Of a DNA stretch of 64,000 nucleotides, positions 24,366 to 37,492 are shown piece after piece (positions within the stretch are counted from its first letter, which is position 1; every line of letters begins with the position of its first letter). The translations under genes were made by a program, and so were the position numbers. The notes below the pieces were generated by a model. The model was not told the DNA's origin, did not search any database, and saw only the letters and a list, made by a program, of their open reading frames with translations. This stretch comes from the human T2T-CHM13v2.0 reference genome, Homo sapiens: assembly GCF_009914755.1 (NCBI RefSeq), contig NC_060927.1; one strand, written 5' to 3'.

Positions 24366-26308
24366 TTTTATTATACTTTAAGTTCTAGGGTACATGTGCA
24401 CAACATGCAGGTTTGTTACATATGTATACATGTGCCATGTTGGTGTGCTGCACCCATTAACTCGTCATTTACATCAGATGTATCTCCTAATGCTATCTCT
24501 CCCCCTTCCCCCACCCCACAACAGGCCCCAGTGTGTGATGTTCCCCTTCCTGTGTCCAAGTGTTCTCATTGTTCAATTCCCACCTATAAGTGAGAACATG
24601 TGGTGTTTGGTTTTTTGTCCTTGCCATAGTTTGCTGAGAATGATGGTTTCCAGTTTCATCCATGTCCCTACAAAGGACATGAACTCATCCTTTTTTATGG
24701 CTGCATAGTATTCCATGGTGTATATGTGCCACATTTTCTTAATCCAGTCTATCATTGTTGGACATTTGGGTTGGTTCCAAGTCTTTGCTACTGTGAGTAG
24801 TGCCACTATAAACATACATGTGCATGTGTCTTTATAGCAGCATGATTTATATTCCTTTGGGTATATACCCAGTAATGGGATGGCTGGGTAAAATGGTATT
24901 TCTAGTTCTAGATCCTTGAGGAATCGCCACACTCTCTTCCACAATGGTTGAACTAGTTTACAGTCCTACCAACAGTGTAAAAGTGTTCCTATTTCTCCAC
25001 ATCCTCTCCAGCACCTGTTGTTTCCTGACTTTTTAATGATTGCGATTCTAACTGGTGTGAGATGATATCTCATTGTGGTTTTGATTTGCATTTCTCTGAT
25101 GGCCAGTGATGATGAGCATTTTTTCATGTGTTTTTTGGCTGCATAAATGTATTCTTTTGAGAAGTGTCTGTTCATATCCTTTGCCCACTTTTTGATGGGG
25201 TTGTTTTTTTCTTGTAAATTTGTTTGAGCTCTTTGTAGATTCTGGATATTAGCCCTTTGTCAGATGAGCAGATTGCAAAAATTTCTCCCATTCTGTAGGT
25301 TGCCTGTTCACTCTGATGGTAGTTTCTTTTGCTGTGCAGAAGCTCTTTAGTTTAATTAGATCCCATTGGTCAATTTTGGCTTTTGTTGCCATTGCTTTTG
25401 GTGTTTTAGACATGAAGTCCTTGCCCATGCCTATGTCCTGAATGGTATTGCCTAGGTTTTCTTCTAGGGTTTTTATGGTTTTAGGTGTAACATTTAAGTC
25501 TTTAATCCATCTTGAATTAATTTTTGTATAAGGTGTAAGGAAGGGATCCAGTTTCAGCTTTCTACACATGGCTAGCCAGTTTTCCCAGCACCACTTGTTA
25601 AATAGGGAATGCTTTCCCCATTTCTTGTGTTTTTGTCAGGTTTGTCAAAGATCAGATAGTTGTAGAAGTGTGGTATTGTTTCTGAGGGCTCTGTTCTGTT
25701 CCACTGGTCTCTATCTCCGTTTTGGTACCAGTACCATGCTGTTTTGGTTATTGTAGCCTTGTAGTATAGTTTGAAGTCAGGTAGTGTGATGACTCCAGCT
25801 TTGTTCTTTTGGCTTAGGATTGACTTGGCAATGTGGGCTCTTTTTTGGTTCCATATGAACTTTAAAGTAGGTTTTCCAATTCTGTGAAGAAAGTCATTGG
25901 TAGCTTAATGGGGATGGCATTGAATCTATAAATTACTTTGAGCAGTATGGCCGTTTTCATGATATTGATTCTTCCTATCCATGAGCATGGAATCTTCTTC
26001 CATTTGTTGTATCCTCTTTTATTTCGTTGAGCAGTGGTTTGTGGTTCTCCTTGAAGAGGTCCTTCACATCCCTTGTAAGTTGGATTCCTAGGTATTTTAT
26101 TCTCTTTGAAGCAATTGTGAATGGGAGTTCACTCATGATTTCGCTCTCTGTCTGTTATCGGTGTATAAGAATGCTTGTGATTTTTGCACATTGATTTTTT
26201 ATCCTGAGACTTTGCTGAAGTTGCTTACCAGCTTAAGGAGATTTTGGGCTGAGATGAAGGGGTTTTATAGATATACAATCATGTCATCTGCAAACAGGGA
26301 CAATTTGA
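24364..26308 (-). mobile_element. 5'-truncated L1PA (PA4-like), ~1.95 kb
   Basis: High similarity to the L1 3'UTR and ORF2; ORF fragments [25 protein letters not shown] and [16 protein letters not shown] ... IGGN, frameshifted. Confidence 0.96.
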
Positions 26309-29111
26309 TTAGAGCATAAGCTCTGAACACAGATTTTTTGTATGTTAATTTACTGCTGAATTTTGCGTATTTTGGCATATAGTAGAGTTTGATCAACATT
26401 GTAAACATGAATGATTATTAGTGACTCTTGAGATGCTAAAACCCTTATGAGTAATATGAGGCATTAAGCATTTATTCAGAAGTTTAAAAAGGGTTGCTGA
26501 CTTATAAAAGCTATAATAAAATATTTGTTATATGTGTAATTGAAAAGAAAAATTGATGTTGTCAAAACTTTTAGTACTTGTACCCAACTGTATATTATGT
26601 AGAAACTGGAAGCTTTGCTTGTTAAACTTAAGGGAAAAATAAAGTGAACTTGTTTACGTGATGTTATTTTTAATGTATGCACTTGTTGTGGGGTAATAAA
26701 ATACAAAATTATCTACAAGTGTTACTGAACTTATAAAAGACTTTTGTTGTGTACAGTCTTGGAAATTTTTTATAGAAACTATAATCCTGAGGCATTTGCA
26801 GATGTTTTTATTATTTTAAATATCTTCATACTTGAAAATGCTGTGAACCACTGATATGACAGAAAATTATTGAAATTTTAATGTCTTAAAATTTATTATA
26901 GTAAAATGTAGGAAAAGAAAAAAATAGTGAGTAAACTGAAAAGCAATGACATTTCTTGAACCCATTAGAAAATGGAGAGCAAAGAGTCACTCTGAAGTCT
27001 GGAGAGAGAGACAAATCCAAAGAATCACAGCCAAGACGGAAAATTCATAAAATCCAATATAAAGGTGTTGTTTATATTTCCTTAACATTCCTTTTTCAAA
27101 AGCTCTGGTTGTGCCCTTATACATGTGCTTATCAACAGAAATATGGGGGCTCAGACCCCTATACTTTAACTCAGGTATTAAAAAAGTCATAACTGTTCTC
27201 CATTTCTTTTGTAAACAAGACAAATGATGAACTATCAACTGTCTTGAGGAGTCTGGGTCCTCAAATTTGTAGGCTGAGGATGAAAAGGGAAAGCATTAAC
27301 TTCAAAAACTCAAAGATAAATTTATCGTTTTGTTTTTAGTAAAAATAAAGAAAAACCACAAGCTCTCTTATTACCAGGATACAATCAACACTATGGATTG
27401 TTTTTTATTTAATCTACGCTGACTAAGCCAAGAACTTTAAGAACATTAAGTCTTCAAATATTTTCCAGACTTGACTGTCCATTTTAAAGTAAATAATTAA
27501 TGTAACCTGTTTCTTAAAATGTTTTTTATTGATATTTCTTATGCTGGGCTTCATTGCTATTTTTAATGGAATTTCATGATCACAGAATTTACTCCTAATA
27601 ATGGCTTAAATTAAGACACTGAGCAGAGAAATGGGTTCCAAGGATGAGCTACACATATATTCAACATTAAAAAGCTATATAAAGATATTTGATCCCAAGA
27701 TGGCTGAGTCACAGAGACTTTTACCAGCCCAGCTGAAAAAGATTCAGGGCTATTCAAAAAAAGGATTTGCATAACATTTTGAAGATAAGATCAAGATTAG
27801 CCAATATTAGTTACAAGAGAGAAAAATGAAGAAAATCTACCTATCAGTACACAGAAGTTTATTATTGTTATATGATCATTGTTTAATACATTTTAATGTA
27901 TGTTTGATCATGTAAAACCTGAAATTACAATACCAAATATCAGATAAAAGTCATTATCTATTTAAGACTACATGGTCTAGGCATCTTTTTTTTTCAAACA
28001 AATTGTAAAACAAAAATATTTTTACATTTTATGCTATAGAAAAACATTTATGAAAGAAAAATAAAGATTGCAACACCAATGTTCTATAAAGCAGCTACCT
28101 ATTTTCATTGCTAATAATAAAAGATTATAACCAAACTCTCATTTTAAAATAATTTGTATTTACAAATTGAGGTTGAATATGCATATATAACAGCAATAGT
28201 TTCCAAAATTAGGCAAAAACATCACAAATGATTTTTTATAAAATAGAGTTTGGGAGCCCTTATGGTACTCATGAATGAACGAACTTTTCATGATGATTAA
28301 GAAATTACTTTTTAGAGTAATAGAATTCATATATGTGTGTATTTATATTTTGTGTTAAGTGGAAGAGTAGTTTCTGAGTTAAGAAAACAAAGTATTTGCT
28401 TTGACCATATAAATATGTAAGAAATATTCAGCAAAAACAGGAAATAGAATATCTTCTACACAGAGTAACAAAAGCAGCTTTTGGCATTTTCACTGATGAT
28501 GGGAATATCAATTTCAAAACAGACAGATCTGAACTACTATAGAAAACTGTGTTCATACCAAGAAGCATATATTTTTACAAAGAGAAAAGCAATTATATTT
28601 AATATCTGTTAAAAGCTACAGTGTATTTTCAAAGTTGCAAAAAATAGATTTAGGAATATTCCATCCATTTTTGTAGAGGATGAGATGATTCATCCTGATT
28701 AGGCTTCCTGTTGAGGCTGAGTGGTTTTAATAAAAGAAGGAAATCAATGAGTGGCCATTGGAATATAATGGATTTGAAATGCTATATTTTAATGAGGCAG
28801 CAATAGGAGGCCATTAGAATAAAATGGATTGACCATCAAAAGCACATAAAATAATTTATTAATCAAGCTGATGTGCAGATAATACCGTCACAAAGTATGC
28901 TGATAAGAATATACAGAAATAGTCGGAGAGTAGTTTTCTGTTAAGTTCTAAACTAAGGAACATTATCATGCAAAAGAAAAATAACTAGTTTACTAAGTAT
29001 CAATACATGCCACGACCTTTTTGCCACCTTCAAATTTCATGTATTGTGTAACTTATGATATCGTACAAAAAAAGTTATTTTTAAAATATTGAGTAAGCAC
29101 CCCCTTTATAA

Positions 29112-29876
29112 TAATATGGACAGGAGTCAGGGAAACACTGGGTAGAAGAGAGTAGTTCCCAGGCAAAGGCCCCACTCTCAAGCTTGGAAACCTGTAGCCC
29201 CAAAAGCGAACAGACATTCCTGTTTTTGTGACCAAATGTTGCCTTTTGGTCTGCCACACCCCCCATCCTGTACCCATATAAACTCCAAACCCTGGACTCC
29301 ATGAGCAGACAAGTAGATGAGCAGAAAAGCAGAGGAACAGAAGAGTAGCAAGGCAGAGAAGAAGAGAAGAGAAATGGCATCTGAACATTGAGAGGAGTTA
29401 GGCTGGGGAAGTTCAGAGTGGACTGGCCACAGGACAGCTAAAATTCAGGGGAAGATCATCTTCCCACTCCATCCCCTTTCCAGCTCCCCATCCATCCTAC
29501 TGAGAGACATCTCCACTCTGCAGTAAAATCCCCAGCATTTACCAACCTTCAATTTGTCCGTGTGACCTGATTCTTCCTGGAGGCTGGAGAAGAACCCAGG
29601 TACCAAAAGGGCATTAAGCTGGTTAACACTTAAGCCATCTGTGGATAGCAGAGCTAAAGGAGCACTGTTACCTGCCCACTGGGGATTTGGGAGTTGCAGG
29701 CACCCACCCCTCAGCACTATTGTGGGGTCAGAGCTCAAAAGCACTCACCTGGGTTCCTGCACCTGCCCATCTGCATTCTTCCCCTCCCATAAGGGGTTTG
29801 GGTGCAGCAGCCAAACAAACAAGCCACACTCCTGTTGCAAGTCCTGTGAGTGGGGTCAGGAAACTCTCCAGTTTCA
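29112..29876 (+). mobile_element. LTR1-family solo LTR (ERV1)
   Basis: t(a)atatggacaggagtcagggaaacactgggtagaagag...ggcaaaggcccc ... aaactctccagtttca; 4-bp TSD ataa on both sides. Confidence 0.85.
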
Positions 29877-30471
29877 ATAACTGTCCAGTGAAACATTTAT
29901 TATTTTAATATTCCTAGATAACCTTCATTTTTCAGACTCTAGGTTAAAATAAGAATTCAGCATACCAATGGTAACAACTCTTAGAAAGATGAATTGAAAT
30001 GCAATTAAAATTAATTCAAACTATAACTAGAATTTCTTTGAAATTAATGGCAAAGCTTTGTAGTAATATATTAAAAGCTCATCCCTGTCATTGTAATAAT
30101 TATGCTAAATTTATATAAACAAGTATATTTGAAGACATAAAATGTTAGTCATCTGGGGTTACAAATATTATTTTTATGTCTTTCATTCACTCATCACTAT
30201 CATGGCACAAGTTATGCCGAAATTAAATTTAAATACTCTTTTCCAGTAAAAAAAATTGTGTCCATTTACCTTCTTTCCTCTATGAAAACTAGTTGTGTAT
30301 CTGTATTCTTAATTCAATTTACAATGATTCTGGATCATCACTCTTTCTCTGACATTTTCTGGTCTAGCCTAGTTCAGTGATTTTTTTTTACTAATAGTAT
30401 TTATTTATGTATTGGTATGTTTGATTTCAAAGTCAATTTTTAGTATCATAGGTTTCCAATTAATATTTGCA

Positions 30472-30788
30472 TTTTTTTTGTATTTTTTGTTTGTTTGTTT
30501 GTTTTTGAGACAGAGCCTCTCTCTGTTGCCCAGGCTGGAGTGCAGTGGTGTGATCTCAGCTCACTGCAGCCTCCATCTCACGGGTTCAAGGGATTTTCAT
30601 GCCTCGGCCTCCTGAGTAGCTGGGACTACAGGCATGTGGGCCATCACACCTGGCTGATTTTTGTATATTTAGTAGAGATGGGGTTTCATCACATTGGCCA
30701 GGCTGTTCTCAAACTCCTGACCTCAAGTGATCCACCTGCCTCGGCCTCCCAAGGTGCTGGGATTACAGGCGTGAGCCACTGCACCCAG
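30472..30788 (-). mobile_element. AluS (Sz/Sx-like)
   Basis: Full antisense Alu, cctcaagtgatcc; TSD tatttgca. Confidence 0.93.
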
Positions 30789-31115
30789 TATTTGCACATT
30801 CTAACCAACAACTTTTAAAGATAATATATCAAGTAGGAGTCTGTTTCCATTTTTCCTATATTGAAGACCATTAATAATGTATTAACACATTGTTTTTTAA
30901 CTGATCCAAAGTTTCAGCTAACCCCATCTCGAACATTTAAAAAATATTTACCAAAAATTATGTAGGAGATTCACTAGAAAAATAAACAGTATTGTGCTAT
31001 GATCATTTTAAACTCTGCCAGATACATTTAGCATAATGATGTACAAATGTACACATAGTCATGTAACCAAGAAATGGAGAAAGCAAAATATATAAACATA
31101 GAAAAAATCATTCTG

Positions 31116-31601
31116 GTTTCCAATTTCATCCATGTCCCTACAAAGGACATGAACTCATCATTTTTTATGGCTGCATAGTATTCCATGGTGTATATGTGCC
31201 ACATTTTCTTAATCCAGTCTATCATTATTGGACATTTGGGTTGGTTCCAAGTCTTTGCTATTGTGAATAATGCCGCAATAAACGTGTGCATGTGTCTTTA
31301 TAGCAGCATGATTTATAGTCATTTGGGTATATACCCAGTAATGGGATGGCTGGGTCAAATGGTATTTCTAGTTCTAGATCCCTGAGGAATCGCCACACTG
31401 ACTTCCACAATGGTTGAACTAGTTTACAGTCCCACCAACAGTGTAAAAGTGTTCCTATTTCTCCACATCCTCTCCAGCACCTGTTGTTTCCTGACTTTTT
31501 AATGATTGCCATTCTAACCAGCATGGCACATGTATACATATGTAACTAACCTGCACAAAGTGCACATGTACCCTAAAACTTAAAGTATAATAAAAAAAAA
31601 T
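31116..31601 (+). mobile_element. Young L1PA2/L1HS-like insertion with 5' inversion (antisense 31116-31518, sense 31519-31601)
   Basis: TSD aatcattctg at 31106-31115 and 31602-31611; young-type bases tttccaatttc, atgccgcaataa, tagtcatttggg, taactaacctgcaca. Confidence 0.92.
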
Positions 31602-32572
31602 AATCATTCTGAAGCCATCCTTCAGTTTACTTATACCAACGCCGTACCTTCATTTCTTCTACTTCCATTTTCTTTTTTCTGTACTAGAATTTTTCCCAAC
31701 ACTAATGTCAGTTAATTGTTTGGAATGAACATCTGACAATCTTCAGGTTTCTGAAATTTTAAAATAATTTTTGCTGCTCTGTCCTAGGGGATGGAACTGC
31801 CAGATAATCAGCACTGCTGAACAATGGCCTATAACCTATCTTGGTGACAAAACCATCTATTTCATCCCTTCTGAATTTACTCCATTTTTTTCTTCTATCC
31901 ATGTAGTATTCTTTATAAATGTAGTTTTTTTATAGGCTGGTCTGTAACCAGGATCTTCTTATGTCTTCCTTATAATCCTTTTTTGTCCTTTATTTCACCA
32001 GTTACTTATTTTTTTTTCCTTAGGTCTATTTCTACATTCACTATCATTATACCTTTTGGTTTTGACACAAAGTAAATCCTAACATTTTATGTAATATACC
32101 CCAACCATCCTACCCATATCTTGGCTCTTTTAATTAGCAAGACACTCATTTTTGCTTATTGTCATATTATTTAAGTTTATCCATAAATAAAATTTAGAAG
32201 GCTGGCTATTGCTTTTCCTAAAGTTTTTTCTTTTGTAGAGAAAACTATGGTATTCAAGTTGTTTTTGTCACTTATTAACCTAAACCCTCTTACTAATAGC
32301 CCTGTGTATAAAATTGGCTCACTATATGATTTTGTTTGTATGTTTGTCATATAGTTTTATGGCATGATTCTTCACTATTATTCTGATTGAAAGTCTGATT
32401 GAACTTTGAAATTACAAATCATCTGTTTAAAAAATGATCTTTATATAAAATGCAAATCAAACCATATTTTTAGTGAACATTTACTTTGTGTTTAAAATTG
32501 AAGTAGATCTTCTAAATTTTTATTTACTAGAAAAATTTAAATTTATAGCTATATCCAAACACATGTACATAA

Positions 32573-32875
<303 letters not shown>

Positions 32876-35394
32876 TCTCAACTATTTTATTTGCAAGACC
32901 CTAAGAACAATTCAGTCAGAGAAAATATGATACAGAATTTTTCACTGATCGAATTCAATATGTCAATCTATATCTTGAAGCAGATAAACACTAAGGCATT
33001 GCTAACCACTTTGAAAAAATCTAGTTATTGTTACATTAGCATTATTTAAATCAAATTCAATTTTTATTTATATATTATTATATATTTTTATTTTTATCTA
33101 AAAATATAGAATTTATTGTACAGATAATAGTCTATCCATGAATGAGAAAATATTGTCCATGAGTTGTCTACTAAGTAAAAGATAAATTCAAAGTCATACA
33201 TGTGTGTATATACACACAAACACGCTCACACGCACAGACTAAAATACAAAGTTGTAAAAGCAAACGTACTAGATGTTGTAAAGTTTGTTAAGTTAGAGTC
33301 TGGAAATAGAGAGTTGGATATAGAAAGGTAATGAATATCTTTATCTTATACATCTTCACTATGTTTTAGTTTACTTGCTGAAGCATGTATGTTTTATAGT
33401 ATTATGTTGAAACCAATTTTCATGATGCAAATGTATTGTGCTTAATATTCACAAATGATTGAATATTTGAAATGTTTTATATTTTAATGAAATATCTGTT
33501 CTTTTTATTCTAATGATATAAAATGTTATATAAAAGTCTTCATTTTAACTCATTTTAATTGCCTGCTTTTGTTTATAGCTCTTATTATGGAAATGTAATT
33601 AATAACACAATTAATGAGCCATAGAACTCATTCTAAATGATTCACATTTAGAATCATAAAAACTATTTTTTTAATTTATTTACATCAACCAATGCATTAA
33701 AGTGATGGTGTCTGTAGTAAATACATGCTTCCCAATCACACTAGCTAATTGTTTTTGTGAGTGTTCTCAGGAAAAAATAATTTTCACTGAAGAAAGCTTC
33801 TCAAATATTTAAATCAATCTCAGTGAAATTAATATTAAATACTTTCTAACATGCTAAATTTATCATTCAATCCTAAGTCAGTATGTTTAGTTTTATTTTC
33901 AATCTCTAACATTTTGAAGTTGACTTTCGTTTTCTTTTTCTATTCTAAGGATTATTTGAATTTGCTGCATAGATTTTAAAATTCTTCTAGAATACAACTG
34001 AAGGTAAGAAACATGGCAAGTGAAATCACTGTGAATGACATCTAGTAAACATGGATACCTGAGTATATTAAACACAACTCACCACTGATTTTCACAGGTA
34101 CGTTTTTTATTACAAAGGCATTTATATGTATAGACTGAGGAATATTTCACATATTTAGAAAGGCTTACCCATGTTTTTCTCTTTTCCCATCATACTGTAG
34201 GAGAAAATGCAAACAAAGGAAAGTAGAATTTGTTTAACTCTGAGAAGAAAAATTGGGAGACCATTTACTGGATGTTAAAAAATAGTCTGTGTCTGTAAGA
34301 TGATACAAGAATAAAATGATATTACTTTTTCATTCCTAGAATGATAAATTACAGCACAAATTTTATTCTCCTTGGCCATACAGGAAAAACCTAAAGTTTT
34401 ATGCAAAATGTTTTCAAAGTTTGATAAAACTGCTAACAGAAACTTAGGTAAATGCCGACTTTTCTATATGAGTAGCGAGCCAGACAAGATCAGTTTCTTT
34501 TTTATTCAGAGACAATAGTATAGGTTACAGACATGTCTAAATTTCAGTAAGTCATATGATTTGTTGATATAGGGAAACCTATACTTAATATTTAAGATTG
34601 GGTATCATTCATTCATTTTATAATCTATTTCCGTCTTAAGAAATTTCCTCCTTCTGCCATAATGAAGAATAAAGCTGTTTCTTGCAGGCAAATTACCAGT
34701 CTGCCTGGTCTTGCCCTGTTGCACAACATTTGGTATAAAAATAAACAGCTTTTGAAAGACAACAAGAACACTGAAGAGACTGAACTATAGTTTAGTTGGT
34801 AATGACAACGTCAAAGTCACCATCTTCATTGCTTGCTAAAAATAAGTGAGTTTTATTTCAAAAGGCATAAAGCCAAAATTCATTACATAAATCAAATCCT
34901 CATTTTTTAGCAATATGCAATATATAAAACATTAAATTATTTTATTATAGAATTATCTTAAAATAATGAGCATCTAAATAATGGGCATCTTTATTTAAAT
35001 TATCTTTAAAGAGCTAAACCAGAAAGAAGTAAACTGATTACTTTCAGTGTGTAAGGTTTGTCCTCACTTATAATTGGGTAGATTGTACATAGCTAAAGAG
35101 TCCACATTGCAGGTTAGAAGAAAAAACTTGACTTTTGGCTTGGTTTTATAAAATTAAGAATGCTGCAAATTCATTATTTATTTTTCTTTAGCCACCCACT
35201 TCCTGACCAAGTGTTGAAGTCCTGACCCTTGAAGGTCTAACTCTATTACTTTCCACTAATTCCTTACAATGGTTAGGACTGCTTACTAAGTAAATCCCAA
35301 GTTAGTTAAAATAATTTTCTAAAGTCAGTCTCGATTATTTATAAAAATGTCCATACTTCAGAATAACTCACTTTTATTTACATTTTTATTTATG

Positions 35395-35560
35395 TATAGG
35401 ATCACAAGCAAACTCCTAAACTCAGAGCTAGAGGAGACTCAAGAGCAATGAGTCATCCCCTCATTTTATAGGTGAGGAAAGATTTCCAAGACAGGTTGAA
35501 ATGACTGCTTAATATTAGTCATATAGAATGCCTTAAAATTCTAGGACAAGAATCCAGGAC
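35395..35560. mobile_element. MIR remnant
   Basis: Core ccctcattttataggtgaggaaa...aggttgaaatgactg. Confidence 0.5.
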
Positions 35561-35829
35561 TTAGAATTAATGAAACATATTTGAGCATTTACACAGTCAC
35601 ATAGCATTTGGTATTTTTTTTTAAATTTAAATAACATTGAAAAGTATAAATAATTATTTGTATTTCTATTTAAAATTAAAAATTGTTGACACCTATGTAT
35701 ATTTGCTACTATTTTTACAGAAATATAGTATATTACATTTAACAAATACCAACTATCACAAAGATGAAAGTATAAAATAGTTTCTCAAAATTCACCATTG
35801 GAAAATCAACATTCAAGTATTTGAAAAAT

Positions 35830-36850
35830 AATCATTAACACATTTGTTCAGCAAATATTTAATGAGTACTGTGTACTTACTGTGTGCAAGGCACAGTTCT
35901 ATGAACACAGGAAAATATATGTACAATCAAACCAGAAATTTTTTTAAAAAAAGGACTCTCTGCTGTCATGAATCAGAAAATAAAAATTATATCTAAAAAA
36001 ATAATAAAATGTGTTATATTTATTGCTAAGTGAAAAATTACTCAAAAAGTCAACAGCTTCAAACAATAAATATGCATTATCTTGCCGGTTCCAGGGGTCA
36101 AGAATCTTGATGTGGTTTACTTTGATCCTCTTACTCAGGATCCTTCACGAGGCTGTAGTCAAGTTGCCAGCTGTGGCTGTATTCATCTCAAGGCTCCACT
36201 GACAGGAAATGCCCTTCTAAACTCACTCACGGGTCTGTGAGTAGGTGTCAGGTCCTCACTGTCTGTTAGCCTAAGACATGAGTCCTTTACCACTGGACTT
36301 CTCTGTAGGACTACTCCCAACATAGCAACATGCTTCCTCTAAAGTGAGGATTTAGAAAAGAGAGCAAGAGAGAGAATGAGCAAGTCACAGTTTTTGTAAG
36401 CTAAGCTCAGAAATAAGGTCCCCATCACTTTAGCTGCACTCTATTCATTAGAAGCAATTTACTAGGTGTAGCCCATATAAGCTTCTTCTTCAAGGGGAAG
36501 AGGTTATGCAAAGACGTAAGTACCAGAAAGTCATTGGAAGGAAGAGATCATTGGAAATCATTTTACAAGCTGCCTACCACAAAATATTAGATGATGACAA
36601 ATACAAAGGAAAAATCAAATTGAAGGTGGTTGGGCCATTGAAGGTAATTGGAGATGAGGAGGAAGTACACCTGCAAATCTAAATAAGACTAGCCTTCATC
36701 GAGAAGGTGACCTTTGAGAGAGGAATTGAAGAGGTGATGGCATTTTCTCTTTGGAAAGAGCAATATAAGAATAGATAAAACCTGTTTAAAGGCTCTGAGT
36801 TAGAATAATATTTCATGTATTGTAAAATGAGCAAGGAGATCATTGTGGTT
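35830..36850 (-). mobile_element. L2 3' remnant interrupted by an MLT1 LTR
   Basis: ttcagcaaatatttaatgagtac...tgtgtgcaaggcacagttct; resumes with ccttcatcgagaaggtgacctttgag. Confidence 0.6.
36010..36581 (-). mobile_element. MLT1 (F/G/H-like) LTR
   Basis: aggctgtagtcaagttgccagctgtggctgtattcatctcaaggc...aactcactcac ... gctgcctaccaca terminus. Confidence 0.7.
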
Positions 36851-37362
36851 TACCACAGTCTTCTGGTGGTCTATGATGTTTTGACAATTTACCTACCACT
36901 ATATCTCTGTATTATCATATTCTATCATTCTGCTCTTTGTTCATTCTGCTTCAGCTCTCTTTGCATCTAAGTTAAATCTATTGAATGGTTTTAAGCAGAT
37001 AAATACCAATCCAGCTTACTATGTTGTTTTACGTGTTGTTTTGCTAATAGACTAATAGTGTGATTTTGTGCTTTGCTGCACAGGTGCAAGTGCAGTCTAA
37101 CTGGAGAATTGGGTTTAACCAGTGTTGTGATTTTACTGAGGTAATAAATAAATAAATAAAAGCATTGAGTTCCAGGTATATTCAATTGGATGATTATTAA
37201 TGATGGATTTTAAGCTAAGTATGGTAGGAAGAAATTACATTAATTGGATCATAATTGAAATGGCTGACATAAGCAAAAAATTATCAAAATCATTGGATTG
37301 ATACTCTAGCAATCAGGAAAGGAGTTTGGTGGGGAGTCAACAAAGTAATGAGAAAATTAACT

Positions 37363-37492
37363 AGAAACTTAAGTGATGTTGAATAGAATGAGAAATGTCA
37401 CAGAATAGAAACTTAAGAGATGTTGAATAGAGTGAGAAATGTCACAGAAGAGAAACTTAAGAGATGTTGAATAGAGTGAGAAATGTCACAGA
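37363..37492 (+). repeat. 44-bp minisatellite, ~3 copies
   Basis: Unit agaaacttaagagatgttgaatagagtgagaaatgtcacagaa(t/g) starts at 37363, 37407 and 37451. Confidence 0.95.

Noticed and set aside
24573-25569. ORFs with clear L1 ORF2 C-terminal peptide
   Set aside because: Frameshifted fragments of a 5'-truncated L1; not a gene and not retrotransposition-competent.
37363-37492. CRISPR-like periodicity
   Set aside because: Units are head-to-tail with no unique spacers, the context is eukaryotic, and there are no cas genes.
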